Shown here piece after piece: positions 1 through 8,885 of a stretch of 14,359 nucleotides of DNA (position 1 is its first letter; each line of letters opens with the position of its first letter). This DNA is from Elusimicrobiota bacterium (GTDB taxonomy: Bacteria; Elusimicrobiota; Elusimicrobia; UBA1565). Where the stretch lies: positions 1 to 14,359 of the forward strand of contig JBDREN010000188.1 in the NCBI GenBank assembly GCA_043819795.1, in the 5' to 3' direction. The position numbers were made by a program, and so were the translations under genes. The notes under the pieces were generated by a model that was not told where the DNA came from, searched no databases, and saw only the letters and a list, made by a program, of their open reading frames with translations.

Positions 1-147
1 AGCCAGTACGATCTGGCGAAGGAACTCGGCGGCCAGCCCGTTGTGTCGGACGTCCTGCGGGGGAGGAGGAAGCTCACGCGGGACCACATCGAGAGGCTCG
101 GCAGGCGCTTCCACGTGAGCCCCGCGACCTTCTATCCGAATCCCTGA
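1..147 (+). CDS. higA: 3' end of HigA-like helix-turn-helix antitoxin / XRE-family regulator (partial, starts before window)
   Basis: Frame 1 reads SQYDLAKELGGQPVVSDVLRGRRKLTRDHIERLGRRFHVSPATFYPNP* (TGA 145-147). This fits the C-terminal HTH pattern of HigA antitoxins (Q-x-DL...G-x-Q-x-xVSxVLxGxRxLTxxHIxxLxxRFxVSPxxF). Not in the ORF track because the start lies outside the window. Confidence 0.8.
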   Translation, partial: SQYDLAKELGGQPVVSDVLRGRRKLTRDHIERLGRRFHVSPATFYPNP

Positions 148-264
148 AGAATCGTCCTCCCCGGCTTTTCCGCCCTTGGCTGTGTCGGGGGCCGTGGTGG
201 TGTCTCTGCTTTCCCACCATCTGGCCCTCCCCAAAATAGGGCAAGAAACCCAGGGGGAATATCA

Positions 265-293
265 TTGACCCGGGGGCGCATACAAGTGATAAT
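265..293 (+). promoter_or_regulatory. Putative sigma70-type promoter for the RiPP/export operon
   Basis: TTGACC (265-270), 17-bp spacer, GATAAT (288-293); each hexamer is a 5/6 match to consensus, in an AT-richer patch about 140 bp upstream of the ATG at 436. Confidence 0.7.
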
Positions 294-339
294 GAATACG
301 GTGTATCGGGCGGCGTGAGCCCCCCCTCGTCGCGTTTCA

Positions 340-362
340 TGCGCCCGGCATGTTCGGGCGCA
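340..362 (+). other. Stem-loop in predicted 5' UTR
   Basis: TGCGCCCG (340-347) / CGGGCGCA (355-362) perfect 8-bp inverted repeat with a 7-nt loop; no U-tract. Confidence 0.4.
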
Positions 363-435
363 ATGCCCTTGGGGCTCTGACCACGACTGCCCTCCCGCGG
401 ACCATCCAATAACAATTTGAACCTCCGCCACTGAG

Positions 436-1908
436 ATGCTTCCGCACCTCTGTCCTATCGCACTGTCCCTGATGATCCTCGCCGCGGGGATCGTGCGCGC
501 GGAAAGCCCGGCGCCGCCCGAGGAAGGCCTGGAGCCCGAGCTCCGGTCCGTCTTCGACCGCTACCGCCAGGAGGTGCTGGGCCTGCCTGCCGAAGACATC
601 CTGGTCCCCGGAACGGACAGCCAGCTAAAGACCCTCCTGGACGCGGCACGGCGAGAGAACCCGGACCTGCGTGCCTCCGCGAGCGGGCTGCGCTCGGACC
701 GGGAGCTGGCGCGCGCGGCCGCGGCCGACCTCGCGCCCCGGCTCGGCCTGGAAGGGGACTACGACCTGTTCGCCGATAGGGGCGTCCAGGCCAAGACTTA
801 CGCTTCCAGGCTCCAGCTCACCCAAGCCCTGTGGGACGGAGGACTGTGGAGCCGGTCCCGGCTCGCCGAGGCCTTGGCGCAGTCCTCCGGCTTCTCCCAC
901 GAGCTGGCCGGCCTCGTCCTGGATTATGAGGTGGCCCGGACCTATTTCGACCTCATGAAGCACGACGCCATCGCCCGGGAGCACCTGGGCAACGTGGAGC
1001 GGCTCGGCGAGGCGGGCCGCGTCATCGAGGGCATGTTCTCCGCGGGCCTCAAGACCAAGGCCGACCACCTGCACGCCCGGATCAGCCTGGCGACGGCCAA
1101 GAGCATGCTGCTGCGGAGCGTGCAGGGCGCGCGCGATCGGCTCGTGGAGCTCAACCGCCTGCTGCGCCGGTCTCCGCAAAGCCAGGTCGGCGTCCAAGCG
1201 ATGGGCAAGGTCCGGCTGTTCGTGCCGGAAGCCGGCGCCTGCCTGGCGGCGGCCCGGGCGAACCGGCCCGACATCAAGATGCAGGGGGCGCGGGTGCGCG
1301 CGGCCCGGGCCGCGCTGTCGGGCGCGAGGCAGAGTTTCTGGCCGACCCTGTCTTTGGTCGGGGCCGTCGGCCACGCCGATACGGACGCGTTCGCCTTCAC
1401 GCGCAACGAGAGCCGCGCCATGCTGCGGCTCAGCCTGCCCCTGTTCCAGGGCCGGAACCTGGGCTATCTGGCGAGCGCGGGCCACATCGAGCGGAGCGAG
1501 CTGGCCCGGCTCGACGGGGTCGCCGACCGCGCCGCGGCCGAAGTGGCCGGCACCCTGCACTCCCTGCGCACCGACGTGGCGCAGATCCGGCTGCTCAAGG
1601 ACAAGAGCGAGGCCGCGGCCGAGCGGCTGCGGGCCGAGAAGTACCTGTACCGGAACGGGCGCCTGCTGACCACGGACCTGATGGACTCGTACCGCAGCTT
1701 CGTGGAGGCCCGGCAGGAGATCATCGAGGCGGTCTGCGACTACCGGATCCGCATGAGCCGCCTGCGCCTGGAGATGGGAGGCGCGGAGTTCCCGGCTCCG
1801 GCCGCGGAGCAGGGGCGCGCGCCCGAGGAGACGCTGGACCTGGGGGCCCTGCTCGGCCAGGGCGCCGAGCCCGCGGACGGACGCGAATCCGGGGAGGACG
1901 AGGAATAA
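436..1908 (+). CDS. TolC-family outer membrane efflux protein
   Basis: 490 aa. N-terminal signal peptide (IALSLMILAAGIVRA-ES). Two OEP-type halves with typical motifs (LLDAARRENPDL, LTQALWDGG, EVARTYFDL, AARANRPDI, FWPTLSL, LSLPLFQG, YRNGRLLTTDL). First gene of a HlyD/ABC operon. Confidence 0.92.
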   Translation: MLPHLCPIALSLMILAAGIVRAESPAPPEEGLEPELRSVFDRYRQEVLGLPAEDILVPGTDSQLKTLLDAARRENPDLRASASGLRSDRELARAAAADLAPRLGLEGDYDLFADRGVQAKTYASRLQLTQALWDGGLWSRSRLAEALAQSSGFSHELAGLVLDYEVARTYFDLMKHDAIAREHLGNVERLGEAGRVIEGMFSAGLKTKADHLHARISLATAKSMLLRSVQGARDRLVELNRLLRRSPQSQVGVQAMGKVRLFVPEAGACLAAARANRPDIKMQGARVRAARAALSGARQSFWPTLSLVGAVGHADTDAFAFTRNESRAMLRLSLPLFQGRNLGYLASAGHIERSELARLDGVADRAAAEVAGTLHSLRTDVAQIRLLKDKSEAAAERLRAEKYLYRNGRLLTTDLMDSYRSFVEARQEIIEAVCDYRIRMSRLRLEMGGAEFPAPAAEQGRAPEETLDLGALLGQGAEPADGRESGEDEE

Positions 1909-3228
1909 ATGGGCAAGGAAGCGGGACGGGAGACCAAGACGGCGGCGGGCGGCAACGGCGGCGGACAGGCCTTCGGCGGGCTGTTCCGCAAGGCCGCCCT
2001 GACGCGGCTGAGCGCGGGAGAGCGCATCGACGAGCCGCTCAAGGTCTCCAGGCCGTCCGACTGGATTCTCACCGGCACGCTGCTCGTCCTGGCCGCGGCC
2101 GCGGCGGTCTGGAGCTTCCTGGGGGACATCCCGGTCATCACCACCGGGCGGGGGCTCGTCCAGCCCGCGGGCGGGATCGCGGAGGTGCTCACCCAGGTGG
2201 GCGGCACCGTCTGGTCCGAGGTCCCGGCCGACGAGACGCCCGTCCGCGAGGGAGACCTGCTCATCAAGATCAACACCCAGGCCGACCTGCAGCAGCTGAC
2301 CAACGCGCTGGAGAAGGAGAAGCTGGCCAAAGAGGACTACGAGACCCAGAAGAGGATCCACTCCGTGACGGTCGATATGAGCCGCGAGACCGGCGACCGG
2401 GTGAAGAAGCTGATGAAGGAGAACATCGGCAAGCTGGAGGCTCTGTACGCGGAAAGGGAGGAGGACCGCGAGCTGACGGTGAAGCTCTTCAAGAAAGGCT
2501 ACGCCACCAAGTCCGACCTGCTGGCCGCGGACGAGGCCCTGACCGCGTCGCTCCAGAACCGGCACGCGGCGCAGATCGGCCTGGCCCGGGAGGAAGAGTC
2601 CGAAGAGGCGGCCCTGATCCAGAAGGAGCAGAACCTGCGCCACGCCGAGGAGGAATATCTTCTCGCGGTCGAGGAGCGCAAGCGGCTGGAGTCCGCCATG
2701 AGGCAGCATGAGATCCGGGCGCCCATCGCCGGCAAGGTGAGCGAATTCACGCTCAAGCGCGGGGATTCCGTGCCCGCCAACACCCGCATCTGCCTGATCG
2801 TGGGGGAGGGGCTGCCGGCGCTCGTATACGCGTTCTTCCCGGCCGAGGACGCCGAGCGCATGAAGCCCGGCGCCGAGGCCCGGATCGAGCTGGACGCCTT
2901 CCCGGCCGACACCTACGGGAAGCTCCTGGGCCGCATCACCGCGCTCGACTCCCTGCCGGCCAACGCGGACCAGGTGGCGCGAAGCGTGGGCTACTCGGAA
3001 GCCCTGACCAAGGAGCTGGCGTCCGGACCGCCGGTAACCCGGGTGACCATCGCGCTCCGGACCGAAGACCAGGGCGGGCGGGCGCTCTACGAGAAGGCGG
3101 GCGGCGGCAGGCCGCTCACCGTCGCGTCCGGCATGATCTGCCGGGGATCGGTGGTGCTCGAGGACCGGGTACCGGTCACCCTGATCGTGCCGGCGCTCAA
3201 GAGGTGGTTCGGAATCACGACCCGATGA
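1909..3228 (+). CDS. NHLM/NHLP bacteriocin system secretion protein (HlyD-family membrane fusion protein)
   Basis: 439 aa. N-terminal LFRKAALTRLSAGERIDEPLKV motif typical of NHLM secretion proteins, one TM helix (WILTGTLLVLAAAAAVWSFL), long coiled coil, lipoyl-like halves (IRAPIAGKV), YGKLLGRI beta-barrel motif. ATG immediately follows the TolC stop (TAAATG). Confidence 0.93.
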   Translation: MGKEAGRETKTAAGGNGGGQAFGGLFRKAALTRLSAGERIDEPLKVSRPSDWILTGTLLVLAAAAAVWSFLGDIPVITTGRGLVQPAGGIAEVLTQVGGTVWSEVPADETPVREGDLLIKINTQADLQQLTNALEKEKLAKEDYETQKRIHSVTVDMSRETGDRVKKLMKENIGKLEALYAEREEDRELTVKLFKKGYATKSDLLAADEALTASLQNRHAAQIGLAREEESEEAALIQKEQNLRHAEEEYLLAVEERKRLESAMRQHEIRAPIAGKVSEFTLKRGDSVPANTRICLIVGEGLPALVYAFFPAEDAERMKPGAEARIELDAFPADTYGKLLGRITALDSLPANADQVARSVGYSEALTKELASGPPVTRVTIALRTEDQGGRALYEKAGGGRPLTVASGMICRGSVVLEDRVPVTLIVPALKRWFGITTR

Positions 3229-5375
3229 GACTGCTTCCGTTCTTCTCCGGGCGGACCAGCGTGCCGCTGGTGCTGCAGATGGAGGCCGTGGAATGCGGGG
3301 CCGCGTGCGTGGCCATGATCCTGGCCCATCACGGCAGGCGGCTGCCGCTGGAGGAGGTGCGCCACGTCTGCGGCGTGACCCGGGACGGCTCCAACGCGGG
3401 CAGCATGCTCAAGGCGGCGCGCCGCTACGGGCTCGCGGCCAAGGGGTACCGGCTGGACGGCAAGGACCTGGAGAGAGCGCGCCTGCCCGCCGTCATCCAC
3501 TGGGAGTTCAACCATTTCGTGGTGGCGGAGCGGTTCACGAAAGACCACGTGCTCCTGGCCGACCCGGCCGTGGGCAAGCGCCGGGTGACGCGGAAGGAAT
3601 TCGACGGCGCGTTCACCGGCATCGCGCTGATCCTGGAGCCCGGGCCGGATTTCGCGCGCGAGGACAGGCGGCCGCCCCGCATTCCCCAGCTTCTGGCCAT
3701 GCTGCGCGGGGCCAAGGGCGGGCTCCTGCTGGTCGGGGCGCTGTCGCTTCTGCTCACGCTCGTCGGGTTCGGCGTGCCGGTATTCACGCAGATATTCGTG
3801 GACAACGTGATCGTCAAGGGCCAGGCCGACTGGCGCACCCTCCTGCTCTGGGGCCTGGCCCTGATGGTGTCTCTGCAGCTGCTCACGAGCTTCCTGCGCC
3901 AGCGCATCATGGTCAACATCCGCCTGAAGCTCGGCTTCTCCATGATTGATCGCTTCGTCGAGCACATCATGGCCCTGCCCATCCATTTCTACACCCAGCG
4001 CGGCACCGGCGACCTGATCACCCGGGTGCGGCTCAACGAGGACGTGCGCATGCTGCTCAGCGACCTGGCGGTCACCGCCCTGCTGGACATCGTGTTCGTC
4101 TTCATCTACCTGATCCTCATGATGCTCTACGACCTGCCCCTGACCGGGCTGGTGCTGCTGGCCGCGGCCGTGAACGTGGCGGCCGTGCTGCTCGTGAACC
4201 GGGCCCGGATCAACAAGAGCGCGGTGCTGCTCTCCGAGACGTCCAAGCAGAGGGCGACGGAGATCCGCAGCTTGGCCATGATGGAGACCATCAAGTCCTC
4301 GGGCTCGGAGGGCCAGGCGTTCGCCCGCTGGCGGGGGCTCTACGTGAACGCCGCCAACTGTGGCCAGGAGCTGGGCCGGCTCAGCATGGCGCTGGACCTG
4401 GCCCCGGCGTTCACCTGCTCCGCGGTCACCGGCCTGGTGCTCTGGTTCGGAGGGCTGGAGGTGATCGCGGGCACGATGACCGTGGGGATGGTCATGGCGT
4501 TCCAGTCGCTGCAGGCCGCGTTCCTCGCCCCCATCACGAGGCTCGTCGGGTTCTGCGGCGACCTGCAGCAGGCGCAGGGCAACGTGGAACGGATCAACGA
4601 CGTGTTCCGAGCCGAGCGGGAAAGCGCGCCGGCCGATCCCGCGGACGTCGGCATGCTCTCCGGCAGGATCGAGCTGGGCGGCATCTCGTTCGGGTACAGC
4701 CCCACGGCCAAGCCCTTGATCGACGGCCTTTCGATCGCCGTGACGCCGGGCGCGCGGATCGCGCTGGTGGGCCCGTCGGGCTCGGGCAAGACCACCGTCG
4801 CCAAGCTCATGGTGGGCATCCTCTCCCCGCAGCGGGGCACGGTGCGTTTCGACGGCGTCGACATCCGGGACATGGACCTGGACATCCTCCGGCGCCAGAT
4901 CGGCATCGTGAACCAGGACTCCTTCCTGTTCCGCGGCACGGTGGCCGAGAACCTGAGCCTGTGGGACGAGGAGGTGTCCCTCGCGGACATCACCCGCGCG
5001 GCCAAAGACGCCTGCGTCCACGAGGAGCTCTGCGCCCTGCCGGGCGGCTACGACGCCATGCTGGACGAAGGCGCGGCCAACCTGAGCGGCGGGCAGAGGC
5101 AGCGCCTGTGCATCGCGCGGGCGCTGGCGCACGACCCGGCCATCCTCCTGCTCGATGAGGCCACCAGCGCCCTGGACGCGGTGACCGAGCGGCGCGTGGA
5201 CCGCAACCTGCAAAGGCGGGGCTGCACCGCCGTGATCATCGCCCATCGGCTGAGCACCATCCGCAACGCGGACGAGATCCTGGTGCTGGACAAGGGCGCG
5301 GTCGCCGAGCGCGGCCGCCATGAGGAGCTGATGAAGCTGGGCGGGATCTACGCGTCGCTGATCCGGACGGGCTGA
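3225..5375 (+). CDS. NHLM/NHLP-family peptidase-containing ABC transporter (C39 peptidase + TMD + ATPase)
   Basis: Start placed at ATG 3225 (ATGA overlap with the HlyD stop), 716 aa. C39 motifs LQMEAVECGAAC (catalytic Cys codon 3294-3296), HWEFNHFVV (His), LADPAVG (Asp). Walker A GPSGSGKT, signature LSGGQRQR, Walker B LLLDEATSALD, H-loop IAHRLST. Confidence 0.95.
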   Translation: MRLLPFFSGRTSVPLVLQMEAVECGAACVAMILAHHGRRLPLEEVRHVCGVTRDGSNAGSMLKAARRYGLAAKGYRLDGKDLERARLPAVIHWEFNHFVVAERFTKDHVLLADPAVGKRRVTRKEFDGAFTGIALILEPGPDFAREDRRPPRIPQLLAMLRGAKGGLLLVGALSLLLTLVGFGVPVFTQIFVDNVIVKGQADWRTLLLWGLALMVSLQLLTSFLRQRIMVNIRLKLGFSMIDRFVEHIMALPIHFYTQRGTGDLITRVRLNEDVRMLLSDLAVTALLDIVFVFIYLILMMLYDLPLTGLVLLAAAVNVAAVLLVNRARINKSAVLLSETSKQRATEIRSLAMMETIKSSGSEGQAFARWRGLYVNAANCGQELGRLSMALDLAPAFTCSAVTGLVLWFGGLEVIAGTMTVGMVMAFQSLQAAFLAPITRLVGFCGDLQQAQGNVERINDVFRAERESAPADPADVGMLSGRIELGGISFGYSPTAKPLIDGLSIAVTPGARIALVGPSGSGKTTVAKLMVGILSPQRGTVRFDGVDIRDMDLDILRRQIGIVNQDSFLFRGTVAENLSLWDEEVSLADITRAAKDACVHEELCALPGGYDAMLDEGAANLSGGQRQRLCIARALAHDPAILLLDEATSALDAVTERRVDRNLQRRGCTAVIIAHRLSTIRNADEILVLDKGAVAERGRHEELMKLGGIYASLIRTG

Positions 5376-5378
5376 GCC

Positions 5379-8300
5379 ATGGCCGAGATTGAGAAGAAAC
5401 TGCGTCCCGACCGCCTGGCGGAGATCATCAGCCGGTGCCTGCCCGAGCCGCTGCCCGCGGCCGCGCTGTCGCGCGTGGCCGGAGGCCTGCGCCAGGAGGA
5501 ATACTTCCATCCCGGCGACTTTCCGGCCTCGGGAGGCCTGTTCTTCACCCAGGGGGGCGAGTTGGACGTATCCGTGCGCGCCAGCACGGCTCAGGGCGCG
5601 CAGCAGCCCAACTTCCTGGGCGGCCTTCCCGAGACGCACCCCGTTGTGCTCTGCCCCGAGGAGGACGAGTCCCCGCGCGTTCTGACCTACACGCCCGCTG
5701 GCGCCACGCGCGTCTGTGCGCTCGCGTGGGACGACCTTCTGGCCCTTCTGAAGGCGGACGGGCCGGAGCGGCGGGCGGCCGCGGCCCTGATGGCCAAGGC
5801 CGGCGAGCGCCTCGCGCAGGCCCTGGCCGCCGGCGCGTTGCGCCTACCCGAGGGCCGGGAGCTCCCCCTGCCCGAGCTGGCCGAGCGGCCCGGACGCCCG
5901 CGCCCGTCCGAGGCCGACTTTTCGGGCGTCCCCCCCGTGGAGCTGGCCGCGGGAGGCACGTGGCGCGACCCCGCCGCCGCCGGCGCGTTCATCGCCCGGG
6001 GACAGGTGAGCGTCGGCGAGGGCGGGCAAGGCCGGATGTTCTGCCGGCGCGGAGCGGGCCTGCAGGCCACCTGGGGACACCTGGTCCTCCGGGCCGAATC
6101 CCCCGCCGTGATCTATCCCGTGGCCAGAGAGCGCGTTCCGGACGGCGGCGCCTTGGCCGTGGAGTTGGCGCGCTCGCTGGAAGCCCTGGCCGGTCCCCTG
6201 GCCCGCGCGCTGGACCGGTCCCGGGATCTGCATTTCCGCGAATACCTGCGGCGGACCAAGCGCATGGAGAAGGGGGCCGAGCGGGAAGCCGCGGCCCGGC
6301 TGGGCGGGATCCAGCGCTGGCACAGGAGGATGCCGCTCATCCGGGCGCACGACGCGGCCGGAGCCTGGAGCGCCGCGGTGCAGATGGTGGCCGGCTACTA
6401 CGGCCGGAGCCGCTCCCCGCGGCCGGCGCGCGCCCGCGCCTCCGAGGACCCGGTGTCGGACGCGGCCGCCCGGTTCGGCATGCGGTCGCGCGCCGTGACC
6501 GTGCGGCCCGGCGACCTGCTCCGGCTGGGCGTGCCGCTCATCGCCGCGCAGAAGGACGAGACCCCCCTCGCGCTCGAGCCCGCGCCCGGCGGGCTCTGGG
6601 CGCACGACCCGCTCAAGGGCAGCCACCTGGCGCGCCCCAAGGAGCTCGAGGACAGCCTGCCCGGGCTGGCCTACGAGCTCACGCCCGGGCTCGGCTCCGA
6701 GCCCGCCTGCCCCCGGAGCATGCTCCGCCTGGCGTTCCGGGGCGAGAGCGGCGCGCTGCGGCGGCTCGCTTGCGCCTCCGCGCTGGTCGGGCTCCTGGGC
6801 CTGCTCACTCCCGTGGCCACGGACTGGGTGTTCGGCTTCGCCGTGCCCGCGGCGCAGAAGAACGTGCTGAACTCGATCGGCCTGGCCCTCCTTTCCAGCG
6901 CCGCGGCCGTGGGCCTGTTCAGCATGTTCCGGGCCATGCTGCTCCTCAACCTCGAGACCCTGTCCTCGAGCCGCGTGAGCGCCGCGCTCTGGAGCCATCT
7001 CTTCCGGCTGCCGGTACGCTTCTTCCGCAAGTACCGGGTGGGCGGGCTGTCCTTGCGCATGCAGGCCGTGGACATGATCCAGCAGATGCTCTCCTACACC
7101 ACCGTGGAGATCGGGGTCAACGCCCTGTTCTCTCTGGCGTATGTGGGGGTCATGTTCTGGTTCTCGTCCAAGCTCACTTTCATCGGCCTGGGCATGGCCC
7201 TGCTGGCCCTGCTCACGCTCGCGCTCGGCGGCAGGCCCGTGATTCGGGCGGAGCGCGAGCTTCTGGACCGCCGCTCCGACGAGCAGTCTTTGCTCTACGA
7301 GATGGTCCGCGGGGTCCTCACGGTGCGGACCTCGGCCGCGGTACGGCGGCTCTACGGCCGCTGGCTACGCCTGCTGGCCCCCGAGATGGAGATGGACTAC
7401 AAAAGCGAGACGGCGCGCATGTGGATCGCCAACCTGTACGTGGGCATCCCGGCTTTGGGCACCCTGCTCATGTACTGGATCGGCGGCGACGATATCATGG
7501 CCGGCCGGCTGACCCTAAGCCAGTTCCTGGGCTTCAACGTGGCGTTCGGCGTGTTCATCGCCGCGCTCATCGGCGCCTGCCAGACGGGCATCCAGCTCAC
7601 GAGCGTGGGTCCGCTCTGGGAGCTTGTCCGCCCCATCCTGGAGGCGGCGGAGGAGCGCCCGGACGGCGGCGCGGATCCCGGGGAGCTCAAAGGCGGCATC
7701 GAGGTCAGCAGCTGCTCCTTCCGCTACGCGGAGGGATCCCCCGAGGTCATCCGCGGCGTGTCCTTCGCTGTGCGCCCCGGCGAGTTCGTGGCCCTGACCG
7801 GGCCCTCGGGCTCGGGCAAGACTACGCTGATCCGGCTCCTGCTCGGCTTCGACGAGCCCACCGCCGGCCACATCTTCTACGACCGCCACGATCTGCGGGA
7901 GCTCGATCCCCGGGCGGTGCGCCGGCAGGTGGGAGTGGTGCTGCAGCAGGGCGAGCTGCTGCCGGGGAGCATCAAGGAGAACCTGCGCGTGAACGCCCCG
8001 CTGGCCGGCCAGGAGGAATTGGAGGCCGGGGCCAAGAGCGCGGACATCCATGAGGAGATCATGGCCATGCCCATGGGCTACGAGACCCTCGTGTCCGAAG
8101 GCGGGGCGGCGTTCTCCGGGGGCCAGCGCCAGCGCCTGGCCATCGCGCGCGCTTTGGTGCCCAAGCCCCGGATCCTCTTCTTCGACGAGGCCACCAGCGC
8201 CCTGGACAACAGGAGCCAAAGCCGGGTGGAGCGGAGCCTCGACAAGCTCAGCGCCACCCGCGTCGTGGTGGCGCACCGCCTGAGCACCATCGAGAACGCG

Positions 8301-8411
8301 GACCGCATCATCGTTTTGGTCCGAGGCAGGATCGCGCAGGAGGGCAGCTTCAAGGAGCTCATGGCGCAGAAGGGCGTCTTCAAGGAGATGGTGGAGCGCC
8401 AGCAGTTGTAG
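5379..8411 (+). CDS. NHLM/NHLP bacteriocin system second ABC transporter (ATP-binding/permease, no catalytic C39 motif)
   Basis: 1010 aa. Long N-terminal extension without the QxxxxECG catalytic motif, then TMD and NBD with GPSGSGKT, FSGGQRQR, LFFDEATSALDN, VAHRLST. Tandem pairing with the C39 transporter is the usual NHLM arrangement. Confidence 0.92.
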   Translation: MAEIEKKLRPDRLAEIISRCLPEPLPAAALSRVAGGLRQEEYFHPGDFPASGGLFFTQGGELDVSVRASTAQGAQQPNFLGGLPETHPVVLCPEEDESPRVLTYTPAGATRVCALAWDDLLALLKADGPERRAAAALMAKAGERLAQALAAGALRLPEGRELPLPELAERPGRPRPSEADFSGVPPVELAAGGTWRDPAAAGAFIARGQVSVGEGGQGRMFCRRGAGLQATWGHLVLRAESPAVIYPVARERVPDGGALAVELARSLEALAGPLARALDRSRDLHFREYLRRTKRMEKGAEREAAARLGGIQRWHRRMPLIRAHDAAGAWSAAVQMVAGYYGRSRSPRPARARASEDPVSDAAARFGMRSRAVTVRPGDLLRLGVPLIAAQKDETPLALEPAPGGLWAHDPLKGSHLARPKELEDSLPGLAYELTPGLGSEPACPRSMLRLAFRGESGALRRLACASALVGLLGLLTPVATDWVFGFAVPAAQKNVLNSIGLALLSSAAAVGLFSMFRAMLLLNLETLSSSRVSAALWSHLFRLPVRFFRKYRVGGLSLRMQAVDMIQQMLSYTTVEIGVNALFSLAYVGVMFWFSSKLTFIGLGMALLALLTLALGGRPVIRAERELLDRRSDEQSLLYEMVRGVLTVRTSAAVRRLYGRWLRLLAPEMEMDYKSETARMWIANLYVGIPALGTLLMYWIGGDDIMAGRLTLSQFLGFNVAFGVFIAALIGACQTGIQLTSVGPLWELVRPILEAAEERPDGGADPGELKGGIEVSSCSFRYAEGSPEVIRGVSFAVRPGEFVALTGPSGSGKTTLIRLLLGFDEPTAGHIFYDRHDLRELDPRAVRRQVGVVLQQGELLPGSIKENLRVNAPLAGQEELEAGAKSADIHEEIMAMPMGYETLVSEGGAAFSGGQRQRLAIARALVPKPRILFFDEATSALDNRSQSRVERSLDKLSATRVVVAHRLSTIENADRIIVLVRGRIAQEGSFKELMAQKGVFKEMVERQQL

Positions 8412-8469
8412 CGCGGCGAAGGAGGCCTTCGGCGGGAAGGCCCGGGCCGGGGAGAAGCCGCCCCGGGAT

Positions 8470-8504
8470 GCCGTTCTCAAGACCGGCGCGCCGGTCGCGC
8501 CGCG
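8470..8504. repeat. 35-bp intergenic direct repeat, copy 1 (contains 16-bp perfect palindrome)
   Basis: GCCGTTCTCAAGACCGGCGCGCCGGTCGCGCCGCG; matches 9210-9244 at 34/35 positions. GACCGGCGCGCCGGTC (8481-8496) is its own reverse complement. Confidence 0.9.
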
Positions 8505-8541
8505 CGTACGGATAGGGACAGGAAGACAGGAGGGACTCGAA

Positions 8542-8817
8542 ATGGCGGACCTCAAGCAGGAGTACGGGAAGATCGTGACGGAATGCTGGCGAGACGAGGC
8601 GTTCAAGAAGCGCTTCGTCTCGGACCCGGCCGCGGTGCTCAAAGAGCGCGGCGTGCGGATCGAGGAGGGCGTCGCCGTTAAGGTGGTGCAGGACACGGAC
8701 AAGACCGTGCACCTGGTCCTGCCCCCCAAGCCCGCGGGAGAGCTCTCCGAAGAGCAGCTCGAGAAGGTCGCCGGAGGCAAAAACCTGTACGACCAGCTGC
8801 TGAAAACGTGGCAATAA
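8542..8817 (+). CDS. NHLP leader peptide family RiPP precursor A1 (79-aa leader, core KNLYDQLLKTWQ)
   Basis: RBS GGAGGG upstream. NHLP motifs IVxxCWRDEAFKKRFVSDPAAVL, VHLVLPPKP, and double-glycine site ELSEEQLEKVAGG. Core codons 8779-8814. Confidence 0.93.
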   Translation: MADLKQEYGKIVTECWRDEAFKKRFVSDPAAVLKERGVRIEEGVAVKVVQDTDKTVHLVLPPKPAGELSEEQLEKVAGGKNLYDQLLKTWQ

Positions 8818-8824
8818 AGACTCG

Positions 8825-8853
8825 GCGGGCTAATGCCTCGGCAATCAGCCCGC
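8825..8853 (+). other. Stem-loop between precursor genes A1 and A2
   Basis: GCGGGCT (8825-8831) pairs with AGCCCGC (8847-8853), with an inner TGC/GCA stem. No U-tract, so more likely an mRNA stability or processing element than a terminator. Confidence 0.5.
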
Positions 8854-8885
8854 GGATAGGGACAGGAAAACGGGAGGGACTCGAA

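Noticed and set aside
74..431. Minus-strand ORFs 74-415 and 132-431
   Set aside because: No recognisable motifs; they overlap the HigA-like 3' end and the predicted promoter region.
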